Shown: piece after piece, positions 23,473 to 32,000 of the stretch
How the letters are laid out: the number at the start of each line of letters is the position of its first letter
Position numbering within the stretch: the stretch's first letter is position 1
NCBI RefSeq assembly: GCF_038066575.1
Contig: NZ_JBBUTF010000010.1
Coordinates: 12,435-44,434 of the forward strand
DNA length: 32,000 nucleotides
Origin: Pseudaquabacterium rugosum
GTDB lineage: Bacteria > Pseudomonadota > Gammaproteobacteria > Burkholderiales > Burkholderiaceae_C
Direction: 5' to 3'
The notes under the pieces: generated by a model
The model's input: the letters and a program-made list of their open reading frames with translations, nothing else
Database searches by the model: none
What the model was told of the DNA's origin: nothing
Translations under genes and position numbers: made by a program

Positions 23473-24354
23473 TCAGTCCAGCGGCACGGTCAGGCGGTCG
23501 ATGACGGCGGTGGTCGACGGCCGCACGCCGCGCCACCAGGCGAAGGCCTCGGCGGCCTGCTCGACCAGCATGCCCACGCCATCGGCCCCGCCCTGCACAC
23601 CGGCCGCGCGGGCCAGTTGCAGGAAGGGCGTGCGGCCCTTGCCGTAGGCCAGCTCGTAGGCACTGCCGCCGGCTCGGAAGACCGCGGACGGCAGCGGCGG
23701 CAAGGCGCCGCTCAGGCTGGCCGAGGTGGCATTGATGACCAGATCGAAGGCACCGAGGGCCGCCACCTCGTCATAACCGACGGCCTGCAGCGCGCACACG
23801 GCGGCCGCCGGCAGCGGCGCGCCCTCACCGGCCGGCAGCTGCGCCACCTCGGCCACCTCGGCCACCAGCGCACGCGCCTTGGCCACGTCGCGATTGACCA
23901 GCACCAGCGCGGCCGGAGCGGCCTCCAGGAAAGGCAGCAGCGCCCCGCGGGCCGCGCCCCCGGCGCCCAGCAGCAGCACGCGCCGGCCGGCCAGCGGCAG
24001 GCCGAGGTTGAGCTCGATGTCGCGCCGCAGGCCGATGCCGTCGAAGTTGTCGGCCAGGATGCGACCGCCCTCGCACTTGAGCGCATTGGCCGCACCGGCC
24101 AGGCGAGCCCGCGGGCTGCAGTCGTCGGCCAGGGCCCGGGCCCGCAGCTTGAACGGCGCGGTGATGTTCAGGCCCCGGCCACCGGCGGCGAAGAAGGCGC
24201 GCACCATGTCCTCGAAGCCCTGCGCGGGCGCCAGCGGGCCCTCGATCGCCTCGTAGACCAGGTCCTGCCCGGTCTCGCGGGCGAACAGGCCGTGGATCAG
24301 CGGCGACTGGCTGTGGGCGATCGGGTGGCCGATCACCGCATAACGGTCGGTCAT
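23473..24354 (-). CDS. aroE: Shikimate (or quinate/shikimate) dehydrogenase
   Basis: Internal ATG 24354 of track ORF 23473-24687. Motifs are YAVIGHPIAHSQSPLIHGLF, GLNITAPFK, GAANAL, DNFDGIGL and LLLGAGGAARG. Confidence 0.85.
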   Translation of the reverse strand: MTDRYAVIGHPIAHSQSPLIHGLFARETGQDLVYEAIEGPLAPAQGFEDMVRAFFAAGGRGLNITAPFKLRARALADDCSPRARLAGAANALKCEGGRILADNFDGIGLRRDIELNLGLPLAGRRVLLLGAGGAARGALLPFLEAAPAALVLVNRDVAKARALVAEVAEVAQLPAGEGAPLPAAAVCALQAVGYDEVAALGAFDLVINATSASLSGALPPLPSAVFRAGGSAYELAYGKGRTPFLQLARAAGVQGGADGVGMLVEQAAEAFAWWRGVRPSTTAVIDRLTVPLD

Positions 24355-24395
24355 GGGGTCTCCTGGGTTCGGTTGTCGGGGGGGCGCGGGTGTCG

Positions 24396-25682
24396 TCAGG
24401 CCGGCGGCAGGCCGGTGCCGTCCGGCCGCGCGCTGAACAGCACGCCATCGGCCTGCAGCGCGGCGATCTCGTCGGCGCCATAGCCGAGCGCGGCCGCCAC
24501 CTCGGCGTTGTGCTGGCCGAGGTCGGGCGCGACGCGGCGGATCGTCGTGTCGCAGCCGCTGAAGCGGAACGGCAGGTCGGGCAGGCGCAGCGTGCCCAGG
24601 CGCGGGTGATGCTGCTCGACCACCATGCCGCGGGCCTGGATCTGCGGATCGGCCAGCACCTCGTCGATGCGCTGCACCTTGGCACACGGCACGTCGATGC
24701 CGTCGAGCAGGCGCGTCAGCTCGGCCACGGTGCGTGCGGCCACCCAGGGCCGCACGACGGCCAGGATGTGCTCGCGCTGCGCGTTGCGGCCGCTGCCGTC
24801 GTGCAGCCGGGCATCGCTGGCGAAGCCGGCCGGCCCGCCGTGGGCCTCGACCAGCGCGGCGAAGCGCTTCCAGGCCGCGTCGACCTGGGCGGCGATGACC
24901 AGATCGCCATCGGCCGCGCGGAACACGCCGTACAGCGTGGAGGTCGGCATGTCGTGGCCGGTCTGCTCGGGCAGCACGCCGCGCAGCGTCCAGTTCTGCA
25001 CCGCATATTCGTGCATCGACACCAGCGTGTCGTAGAGCGCCATGTCGATGTGCTGGCCGCGGCCGCTGCGCTCACGGCCCAGCAGCGCGGCATTGATGGC
25101 GGCCACCGCGTGGATGCCGGTGTACATGTCGCCCAGCGAGATGCGCAGCAGCGGCGGCGGCTCGCCCGGCGTGCCCACCATCTGCATGATGCCGCTCCTG
25201 GCCTCGGCGATCAGGCCGAAGCCGGCGCGGTGGGCATCGGGCCCGGTGTGGCCGTAGGCCGAGATCGAGCAGTAGACCAGCCGCGGGTTGCGCGCCGAGA
25301 GTTCGGCGTGGCCCAGGCCGAGCTTGTCGAGCGCGCCGGGGCGGTAGTTCTCGATGAAGACATCGGCCGAATCGCACAGGCGCTGCATGAAGGCCTTGCC
25401 GCGCGCATCCTTCATGTCGACGCTGACGCCCTGCTTGCCCATGTTGAGCTGCAGGAAGTAACCGCTGGTGTGGGCGTCCAGCACGGTGGCGTGCTGGCGG
25501 CCGGCATCGCCGGTGCCGGGCCGCTCGACCTTGATCACCTCGGCGCCGAGGGCCGCCAGGCAGCGGCCGACGTAGGGCCCGGCCAGGAAGTGGCTGTAGT
25601 CGATCACGCGCAGGCCGGCCAGCGGCAGGGGCTGGCGGTCGGCGGCGGTGCCTGCGGTGCTGGAGGCGGTGGACGCGCTCAT
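24396..25682 (-). CDS. CaiB/BaiF family (class III) CoA-transferase
   Basis: Internal ATG 25682 overlaps the MaoC stop (ATGA 25679-25682). Motifs are LAGLRVIDYSHFLAGPYVGRCLAALGAEVIKVERPGTGD and SISAYGHTGP. Confidence 0.85.
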   Translation of the reverse strand: MSASTASSTAGTAADRQPLPLAGLRVIDYSHFLAGPYVGRCLAALGAEVIKVERPGTGDAGRQHATVLDAHTSGYFLQLNMGKQGVSVDMKDARGKAFMQRLCDSADVFIENYRPGALDKLGLGHAELSARNPRLVYCSISAYGHTGPDAHRAGFGLIAEARSGIMQMVGTPGEPPPLLRISLGDMYTGIHAVAAINAALLGRERSGRGQHIDMALYDTLVSMHEYAVQNWTLRGVLPEQTGHDMPTSTLYGVFRAADGDLVIAAQVDAAWKRFAALVEAHGGPAGFASDARLHDGSGRNAQREHILAVVRPWVAARTVAELTRLLDGIDVPCAKVQRIDEVLADPQIQARGMVVEQHHPRLGTLRLPDLPFRFSGCDTTIRRVAPDLGQHNAEVAAALGYGADEIAALQADGVLFSARPDGTGLPPA

Positions 25683-26206
25683 GCGGCCTCCGGGCCGGAA
25701 GGGACGGTGACAGTGGTCGTGGCCGCCGGCAGCGGGCACTGGGCCTCCCCGCTGGCACCGGGGCGGCGCGGCACCATCAGCCGATGTTCGCCCCGCTGCA
25801 CCACCTGGCCGTGCTGGTTGATCAGCTCGCAGGGCAGCACCACGATGCCCCAGCCCGGGCGGCTGCGGCTGGCGCGCAGGCTGCCGACGCTGAAGCGCAC
25901 GTGCAGTTCGTCATCGACGCGGATGGGCTGCAGGAAGTCCCAGGTCCAGCCCAGCGACATGCCGGGCAGGAAGCGGTAGTCGCTCTGCGTCTTCAGCCCG
26001 TCGGCGATCGACTGGCCGAACAGGCCGTGCGCAACGATGCAGCCGAAGTGGCTGGCCCGGGCATAGGCCTCGTCCACGTGCACCGGCGTGTGGTCGCCGG
26101 TCAGGTCGGCATAGGCCTGGATGCGCTCGCGGGTGACGGTGTAGCGCGGGCTGGTGCAGGTGTCGCCCACGCGGGCGTCGTCCCAGGTCTTCTCGGTGAT
26201 GGCCAT
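25679..26206 (-). CDS. MaoC-like (R)-specific enoyl-CoA hydratase/dehydratase, hotdog fold
   Basis: 175 aa, with FTVTRERIQAYADLTGDHTPVHVDEAYARASHFGCIVAHGLF, which is the classic MaoC dehydratase motif. Confidence 0.85.
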   Translation of the reverse strand: MAITEKTWDDARVGDTCTSPRYTVTRERIQAYADLTGDHTPVHVDEAYARASHFGCIVAHGLFGQSIADGLKTQSDYRFLPGMSLGWTWDFLQPIRVDDELHVRFSVGSLRASRSRPGWGIVVLPCELINQHGQVVQRGEHRLMVPRRPGASGEAQCPLPAATTTVTVPSGPEAA

Positions 26207-26254
26207 GGTCGGTCGGGGGATCGGTGGATCGGTGGCGGGAGACAGGACGCGGCT

Positions 26255-27631
26255 TCAGGCGCCGGCGCGCGGGTCGATGGCGCGGGCGCGGTCCACGCAG
26301 TTGGCCGGGCAGGCCTGGATCAGCTCGACGGCCAGACCGTCGGGCAGGCGCAACCAGTGGCGGCCCTGGGGCAGCGCGGTGACGCCGAAGGCCGCGGCGG
26401 CCGCCAGCGCGGCCTCCAGATCGGCGCACATCACGCCCAGATGGGCCAGCCGGCCTTCCGGACCGTCGAACTCAGGGGCCGCGATCAGCTGCAGGCCGCC
26501 CAGCGTCCAGTACTGGCGCGGCGCCTCGGGCGGGCCGTCGATCTCCCGCAGCGTCAGGCCCAGCACCTGGGCGAAGAAGCGGATGTGCCAGTGGATGTCG
26601 CGCACGAAGACGGCGACGTGCTCCAGGTAGGCGGTGGTGGCAGACCGCTGCACGGTCGCGGCAGGCGCCGCAGCGTCGGTGCGCGCCGCCTCCGCCCGGC
26701 CACGCTCGATGCCCTTGATGCAGGCCACCAGCGTGGCGTTGACCGGCGTGGCCACGCTCAGGCGGCGGCCGTGCCGGACGACGGCGCCGTTGATGACGTC
26801 GATCTCGGTGCGCGCGCCCTGGTCCAGGCTCTGCAGCATCGAGGTGCGGAAGTCCGGCCCCAGGCCGGCGCGGGCCAGCGCCCAGACGGCAGCCGGATCG
26901 CGCGGGCCGATGGCCACGCCGGCGGCGCGGGCCACGGCCTGGGCCTCGGCCACGGCGGCCTGGGCGGTGTCGGCCAGCAGCGGCTCGTCGTACAGCGGGC
27001 CGTAGGGCAGGCGCGTGATGGCCGCCAGCGCGCCGGTGGCGACGTTGACGAAGAGCTTGTCCCACATCGTGGCGACGATGTCGGCGCTGATCTCGGTGGC
27101 CAGGCCGGCGGCGTTGAACACCTCGGCGATGCGCTGCACGCGCGCCGAGCGCCGGCCGTCGAGCTCGCCGATCAGCGTGGCCTTGCCCGGCACGCCGCTG
27201 CGGATGTGGGCCGGCCCCAGCCGCACGCCGCCGACATAGGTCTTGCCGGCCAGCACCGGGCCGCGGCCGACGACCTCGGCCAGCAGGTCCTCATGGCCGA
27301 GGCCGTTCTGCAGCGACAGCACGGCCGTGCCGGCACCGACCAGCGCACGCGCCTGTGCCATCGCCGCCGCCGTGTCGCCGGACTTGACCAGCACCACCAC
27401 CAGATCGACCGGCCCCGGCCCGCCGGCCGCGGCCGCCACCGCCTCCCCGGCGCAGGCCTGCACCGCCAGCACCCGGCTGCCGCGCGCATCGTCGACCCGC
27501 AGACCATCGCCGCGCAGGCGCTGCGCCGAGCCCGCCGTGCGGGTGATCAGCCAGACGTCCTGTCCGGCCTCGATGAGAGAGGCACCGAACGCGCAGCCCA
27601 GCGCGCCGGCCCCCAGGATGGCGATCTTCAC
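26255..27631 (-). CDS. Fusion of 2-dehydropantoate 2-reductase (ApbA/PanE family) with a C-terminal VOC/glyoxalase-like domain
   Basis: GTG start 27631 is preceded by AAGGAGG (the track start ATG 27658 has no RBS). The N-terminal Rossmann motif is KIAILGAGALGCAFG and the KPR core is TKTYVGG.../MLQSLDQG. The C-terminal ~130 aa (YLEHVAVFVRDIHWHIRFFAQVLGL...AHLGVMCADLEAAL...WLRLPDGLAVELI) match the VOC beta-alpha-beta-beta-beta pattern. Confidence 0.7.
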   Translation of the reverse strand: MKIAILGAGALGCAFGASLIEAGQDVWLITRTAGSAQRLRGDGLRVDDARGSRVLAVQACAGEAVAAAAGGPGPVDLVVVLVKSGDTAAAMAQARALVGAGTAVLSLQNGLGHEDLLAEVVGRGPVLAGKTYVGGVRLGPAHIRSGVPGKATLIGELDGRRSARVQRIAEVFNAAGLATEISADIVATMWDKLFVNVATGALAAITRLPYGPLYDEPLLADTAQAAVAEAQAVARAAGVAIGPRDPAAVWALARAGLGPDFRTSMLQSLDQGARTEIDVINGAVVRHGRRLSVATPVNATLVACIKGIERGRAEAARTDAAAPAATVQRSATTAYLEHVAVFVRDIHWHIRFFAQVLGLTLREIDGPPEAPRQYWTLGGLQLIAAPEFDGPEGRLAHLGVMCADLEAALAAAAAFGVTALPQGRHWLRLPDGLAVELIQACPANCVDRARAIDPRAGA

Positions 27632-27728
27632 GCGACCTCCTTGTGGTGGAGGCGGCATGGTCGGCCGCGGCGCTCATTCGCTCAATGCAATGGCATCAAT
27701 ACCGTCATTTGCGGAACAGAATGTCGCC

Positions 27729-28667
27729 ATGCCTGCCGATGACCTGCCCGACGTGCGCCTGCTGCAGCTGTTCGACCTGTTGCACGAGACCGGCAGCGTC
27801 ACCCGCACCGCCGAACTGCTGGGCCAGAGCCAGCCCACCGTCAGCCTGGCGCTGGGCCGGCTGCGGCGCCAGCTGGGCGATCCGCTGTTCGTGCGCCATG
27901 CCGGTGCGCTGAAGTCCACGCCGCGGGCCGACGCGCTGATCGGCCCCTGCCGCGAGGTGCTGGCCGCGCTGCGCCGCCTGGGCTCGCACGCGCCGGCCTT
28001 CGAGCCGGCCAGCGCCACGCTGCGCTGGCGCATCTGCATGACCGACGCCAGCCACCTGACGCTGCTGCCGCGGCTGCTGGCCCATCTGCGCCGGCACGCG
28101 CCCGGCATCCGGCTGGAGGCCGCCGGCATCGACGCCCACACCGAGCAGGCGCTGGCCTCGGGCGAAGCCGATCTGGCCATCGGCTACGTGCCGTGGATGG
28201 GCCAGGCCACCTTCCAGCAGCAGCTCTACACGCAGGACTGGGTCTGCCTGGCCGATGCCGGCCACCCGCGGCTGGGCCGGCCGCAGGCCGACGACGGCGG
28301 CGACCGCCTGGACCTGGCGCGCTACCGCGCCGAAGGCCATGTGGCGATCCGCTCGGGCACCGGCGCGCGGCTGCTGGAACAGGCGCTGACGCGCGCGCGC
28401 ATCGAGCGCCGCGTGGTGCTGGAGCTGCCCGGCTTCCTCGGCCTGGGCGCGGTCATCCAGTCGACCGACCTGCTGGCCACGCTGCCGCGCCACATCGGCC
28501 AGGAGCTGGCCGGCCGCGGCGGGCTGACGGTCCACGCCTGCCCGCTGGCCATCGACGGCTTCCCGGTCGGCCAGCACTGGCATGCGCGGCTGCACCAGGA
28601 CCCGGCCCACCGCTGGCTGCGGGAGGCGGTGGCCGGGCTGTTCGGGGCGCCAGCGCCTCAGGCCTGA
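27729..28667 (+). CDS. LysR-family transcriptional regulator
   Basis: Internal ATG 27729 of track ORF 27243-28667, divergent from the KPR-VOC operon. The N-terminal wHTH is LRLLQLFDLLHETGSVTRTAELLGQSQPTVSLALGRLRRQLGDPLF, followed by a LysR substrate-binding domain. Confidence 0.85.
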   Translation: MPADDLPDVRLLQLFDLLHETGSVTRTAELLGQSQPTVSLALGRLRRQLGDPLFVRHAGALKSTPRADALIGPCREVLAALRRLGSHAPAFEPASATLRWRICMTDASHLTLLPRLLAHLRRHAPGIRLEAAGIDAHTEQALASGEADLAIGYVPWMGQATFQQQLYTQDWVCLADAGHPRLGRPQADDGGDRLDLARYRAEGHVAIRSGTGARLLEQALTRARIERRVVLELPGFLGLGAVIQSTDLLATLPRHIGQELAGRGGLTVHACPLAIDGFPVGQHWHARLHQDPAHRWLREAVAGLFGAPAPQA

Positions 28668-28676
28668 GACCTCACC

Positions 28677-29333
28677 TCAACCCGGCTCGCCATCACACAC
28701 CCAGCGCGCCACCGCCCGGCCGATCGCCTGATGGGCCGGCACGTCCAGGTGCACGCCGTCCTCGTCGCAGACGCGGGCGAGTGAGCCGCCGTCGATGACG
28801 TCCACGCCGCGGGCCGCGGCCACGCGGGCGTAGGCCTCGGCCAGGCCCTGGCCGCGCGCCTCGGCACCGCTGAACATCGGCGCCAGGCAGCCGAGGGCGC
28901 GCGCCGGCGGCGGGCTGACCACCAGCAGGCGCGGCTGCGGCAGGCCGGCGCGCGCGCAGTCCAGCTGCACCGCGTCGACCAGGCCGTGCACACCGGCCGC
29001 CACCGCCGCCGCATCGGCCTGGAAGCGGGCCTTGAGGTCGTTGACGCCGAGCAGGAAAACCACCGCATCCAGCGGCCGGTGCGAGCCCAGACAGGCCGGC
29101 AGCCAGCGCAGCGCGTTGCGGTCCGCGCCCTCGACCGGGTCGTCGCGGCCGATGGTGCGCCCCGGCAGCCCTTCCTCGATCACCCGCCAGTCGGCGCCCA
29201 GCAGGCCCTGCAGCACGCCCGGCCAGCGCTGGTGGAAGGGCCAGCGCCGCGACTGGCCGAGCGCCGTCATCGGCGCCGTACCGTGGGTGTTGGAATCGCC
29301 GAAGCAGAGGATGGAACGGGGCAGCAGGCTCAT
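28677..29333 (-). CDS. SGNH/GDSL-family hydrolase (arylesterase-like)
   Basis: Internal ATG 29333 of track ORF 28677-29504. Block I is ILCFGDSNTHG, block II GLPGRT, block III LLGVNDL and block V a D-x-x-H-like DGVHLD. Confidence 0.8.
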   Translation of the reverse strand: MSLLPRSILCFGDSNTHGTAPMTALGQSRRWPFHQRWPGVLQGLLGADWRVIEEGLPGRTIGRDDPVEGADRNALRWLPACLGSHRPLDAVVFLLGVNDLKARFQADAAAVAAGVHGLVDAVQLDCARAGLPQPRLLVVSPPPARALGCLAPMFSGAEARGQGLAEAYARVAAARGVDVIDGGSLARVCDEDGVHLDVPAHQAIGRAVARWVCDGEPG

Positions 29334-29579
29334 GGCGGACAGGCGAACAGACAGACAGGCGGACCGGCGGAACGGGCCGACCGCACGGGCGGCGGCAGGA
29401 CGGCGGCCGCGGGGCCGTCCCGCGCGGCATTCTGTGGCCGCGCGTCGCCACCTCCCATCCCACGGCGCTGCACAGTCCGTCGGCAGGACTGAAGCGTCCG
29501 GCACCGGCCGCCACCGCCGCCACCCGCCCCACGGCTGCTACCCTGCCGCTCCCGAACACCGATTCTGCGGAGCCTTTCG

Positions 29580-30032
29580 ATGAGCGCCTACCTCGGCGGC
29601 TGCCTGTGCGGCCAGATCCGTTTCCGCATCGCGGCCGAGCCGGCCGCCGTGCGCCTGTGCTGGTGCCGCGACTGCCAGCGCCTGGCGGCCAACGGCACGG
29701 CCAACGCCTTGTTCCCGACCGCGGCCATCGAGATCACCGGCACGCCGGCCGCCCATGTGCGGGCGGCCGACAGCGGCAACCAGGTCACCCGCCGCTTCTG
29801 CCCGGCCTGCGGCAGCCAGTTGTTCTCCGACTCCAGCGGCCGCCCGGGCTCGACCGTGGTGCGCCTGGGTGTGCTCGACGAGCCCTCGGCCCTGCGCCCG
29901 ACGGCCCAGATCTGGACCGCCAGCGCGCCCACCTGGGCCTGCCTGGACCCGGCGCTGGAAGCGCACCCGAAGGCAGCGCCCGCCCCGGCCGCGCCCGCCA
30001 CCCCCGCCCAGCCCCCGGCGGCCCGGGCCTGA
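29580..30032 (+). CDS. GFA (glutathione-dependent formaldehyde-activating / CENP-V) family zinc protein
   Basis: 150 aa with the Cys pattern GGCLCGQIRF...CWCRDCQR...RRFCPACGSQLF, typical of the GFA domain. It has a Pro/Ala-rich C-terminal tail. Confidence 0.8.
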   Translation: MSAYLGGCLCGQIRFRIAAEPAAVRLCWCRDCQRLAANGTANALFPTAAIEITGTPAAHVRAADSGNQVTRRFCPACGSQLFSDSSGRPGSTVVRLGVLDEPSALRPTAQIWTASAPTWACLDPALEAHPKAAPAPAAPATPAQPPAARA

Positions 30033-30140
30033 GCGGCCGCAGCCGCAGCCGCTGCACCGGCCGCGGCCCCTGCAGCCCTGCACAGCCCGCCGGCCGCCGC
30101 CGAGCGCGGTGACCGGCGGCGGCTTGGCTACAGTGCAGCC

Positions 30141-30839
30141 ATGCAATCCCCTCCTGAGCAGACCTTCGACGCCATCATCTTCGACTGCGACGGCACCCTC
30201 GTCGACAGCGAGCCGCCGGGCTTCGCCGGCATCATCGACGCCGCCCAGGCCCTCGGTCTGGCGATGGACCGTCCCGACGACCTGATGGCCCTCAAGGGCC
30301 GCAGCATGATCCAGGTGGTCGAGCTGTTCGAGGCCCTGGCGCAGGCCCAGGGCCGCGGCCCGCTGCCGGCCGACATCGAGGAGCGCATCCGCGCGGCCAT
30401 GCGCGCGCGCTTCGAACGCGAACTGCAGCTGATGCCCGGCGCGCGCGAGCTGCTGACCTGGCTGGACGAGCAGCACATCCCGTGGGTCATCGCCTCCAAC
30501 GGCCCGCGCAGCAAGATGCACACGACGCTCGGCCTGACCGGCCTGCTGGCGCGCTGCGAGCACCGCCTGATCAGCGCCGTCGAGCTCGGCGTCTACAAGC
30601 CCGACCCGCAGCTGCTGCTGCATGCGGCGCAGCAGCTGGGCGTCGATCCCACCCGCTGCGTGATGGTCGAGGACAGCGCCCCCGGCGTGCGCGCGGCACT
30701 CGGCGCCGGCATGACGGTGTGCGTGATGGGCTCCGAAGACCCCCTGCCCGACGACCTGCTGCCCCAGGTCCATCCGCTGACGGATCTGCAGGCGCTCAAG
30801 GCCTGGCGCTGGGCGAAGCTGGAGGCTGCGCAGGGTTGA
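30141..30839 (+). CDS. HAD-superfamily hydrolase, subfamily IA
   Basis: 232 aa. Motif I is IIFDCDGTLVDSE, motif II VIASNG, followed by K-P-D, and motif IV VMVEDSAPGVRAALGAGM. Confidence 0.85.
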   Translation: MQSPPEQTFDAIIFDCDGTLVDSEPPGFAGIIDAAQALGLAMDRPDDLMALKGRSMIQVVELFEALAQAQGRGPLPADIEERIRAAMRARFERELQLMPGARELLTWLDEQHIPWVIASNGPRSKMHTTLGLTGLLARCEHRLISAVELGVYKPDPQLLLHAAQQLGVDPTRCVMVEDSAPGVRAALGAGMTVCVMGSEDPLPDDLLPQVHPLTDLQALKAWRWAKLEAAQG

Positions 30840-30920
30840 GGTCGTGGGCGGCGGCACCCGATCGGCTCACGACCGGCACGGCACCCGTACCTGCCTGGGA
30901 TCCTCAGGTGTCTGCACCCC

Positions 30921-31202
30921 TCACTCGACGACCTGCACGCCCTTGCCGAAGGCCACGCGGCCCTTGATCTCGGCGGCGGCCTCGGTCGGCTCGGGATAGA
31001 ACCAGACGGCGTCGGGCAGCGCGTCGCCGTCGACGAAGAGCGTCGCGTAGCGCGCCTCGCCCTTCCAGCTGCACATGGTGCGGCTGTTGCTGGACAGCAG
31101 GTACTTCTGCGGCAGCGCCTCGGCCGGGAAGTAATGGTTGCCCTCGACGATCACGGTGTCGTCGCTCTCCGCGACGACGGTGCCGTTCCAGATGGCCTTC
31201 AT
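30921..31202 (-). CDS. DUF427 domain protein
   Basis: 93 aa. MKAIWNGTVVAESDDTVIVEGNHYFP...CSWKGEARYATL...DAVWFYPEP matches the DUF427 signature. Confidence 0.8.
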   Translation of the reverse strand: MKAIWNGTVVAESDDTVIVEGNHYFPAEALPQKYLLSSNSRTMCSWKGEARYATLFVDGDALPDAVWFYPEPTEAAAEIKGRVAFGKGVQVVE

Positions 31203-31289
31203 GGGGGGTCTCCTGTGGCGGCGCGCCCGGGACGGCGCGCCTGTCAGGCCGCGAGCATACGCCGCAGCGTCGGCCGGCCACGCCAGACC

Positions 31290-32000
31290 TCAGTGCGCGT
31301 GGGTATGGTGCGCATCCGGCACGTGGGCATGGGCATGGGTGCGCAGCTCATGGCGGTGCGGATGGCTGTGCGGGCCGGCCGGTGGCACCTCATGATGGTG
31401 GTCATGGTGACCGTCGTCATGGGTGTGGGCATGGTCGTGCTCCAGCGCCTGGTGGGTGTGCTCGTGCGCGTGCGACTCCAGCAGATGCAGGAACACGCCG
31501 GCCAGCATCAGCCCGCCGCCCAGCGCCATCCACGCGCTCAGATCCCGCTCGCCCAGCAGCACCGCGAAGGCCGCGCCGATGAACGGCGCGAACGCGAACA
31601 CCGAGCCGGTGCGCGCCGCACCGAAGGCGCGCTGGGCCAGCAGGTAGAAACGCAGGCTCAGGCCGTAGCCGCTGGCACCGATGGCCAGCAATGCCGCCAC
31701 GGCCGTGACCGAGGGCACAGACTCGCCGGCCACCACCGCCAGCAGCCCGGTCAGCGTGACGCCCAGCACGGCCTTGGCCAGCACCACCTGGCCCGGGTCA
31801 CGCTCGGACACGCCGCGCGACAAGGTGTTGTCCACACCCCAGGCCATCGTGGCCAGCAGCACGGCGGCCAGCCCCAGCAGCGCGCTGGTGCCCGAGCGGC
31901 CCTGGTCGACCACCAGCACCACGCCACCGGTGAACAGCAGCACCATCGCGATCACCACCCGGCGGTCCAGGCTCTCACCGTAGAGCAGACGGGCCAGCAC
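31290..32000 (-). CDS. DMT-superfamily (EamA-like) transporter with histidine-rich C-terminal tail; N-terminus lies beyond the window
   Basis: The ORF is open to the window edge. It has multiple TM helices, and the second EamA-like half ends in ...GGLMLAGVFLHLLE. A ~60-aa tail follows with more than 20 His (HAHEHTHQALEHDHAHTHDDGHHDHHHE...HSHPHRHELRTHAHAHVPDAHHTHAH). Confidence 0.8.
   Translation of the reverse strand: MLARLLYGESLDRRVVIAMVLLFTGGVVLVVDQGRSGTSALLGLAAVLLATMAWGVDNTLSRGVSERDPGQVVLAKAVLGVTLTGLLAVVAGESVPSVTAVAALLAIGASGYGLSLRFYLLAQRAFGAARTGSVFAFAPFIGAAFAVLLGERDLSAWMALGGGLMLAGVFLHLLESHAHEHTHQALEHDHAHTHDDGHHDHHHEVPPAGPHSHPHRHELRTHAHAHVPDAHHTHAH

Noticed and set aside
1-32000. CRISPR arrays, tRNA/rRNA genes, IS elements or integrases, prophage structural genes
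   Set aside because: No spaced direct-repeat arrays, cloverleaf-like conserved tRNA boxes, transposase or recombinase motifs, or phage structural protein signatures were seen in any frame. The only significant nucleotide repeat found by eye is the TR/VR pair.

Overview
This is a very GC-rich chromosomal window, probably from a betaproteobacterium (Burkholderiales-like, judged only from protein flavour and a PEP-CTERM protein). It is mostly housekeeping and catabolic genes. The standout is a complete diversity-generating retroelement (DGR) at about 11.4-14.9 kb. It consists of a secreted coiled-coil/FGE-sulfatase (C-type-lectin fold) target protein whose last ~45 codons form the variable repeat (VR 12731-12868), an Avd-like four-helix-bundle gene, a DGR-type reverse transcriptase, and a template repeat (TR 14682-14819). 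TR and VR differ almost only at TR adenines, and a GC-rich hairpin sits at the VR 3' end. The target gene is the last gene of a same-strand, partly translationally coupled operon (3638-12877). That operon encodes a fused SEDS (FtsW/RodA) glycosyltransferase-penicillin-binding transpeptidase, an FHA-domain protein, a PP2C phosphatase and an atypical Ser/Thr-kinase-like protein. This gene set resembles the actinobacterial fhaA-pstP-rodA-pbpA-pknB cell-wall cluster. A divergent sigma-70/ECF-like gene follows the TR. I read this as a candidate undescribed system in which a hypervariable periplasmic lectin-fold receptor is wired to phospho-Ser/Thr signalling and a dedicated peptidoglycan synthase. 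Flanking genes are: a Tat-exported flavin amine oxidase, cytochrome c and RidA lipoprotein module; a DJ-1/PfpI plus GlxA regulator pair; a PEP-CTERM protein; a 741-aa orphan with tandem nucleoside-deoxyribosyltransferase-like motifs; SDR; AEC transporter; aroQ/aroE with CoA-transferase, MaoC and a ketopantoate-reductase-VOC fusion; LysR; SGNH hydrolase; GFA; HAD; DUF427; and a DMT transporter with a His-rich tail. I saw no rRNA, tRNA, CRISPR, transposase or integrase. Many long antisense ORFs in the track are GC-driven shadow ORFs.
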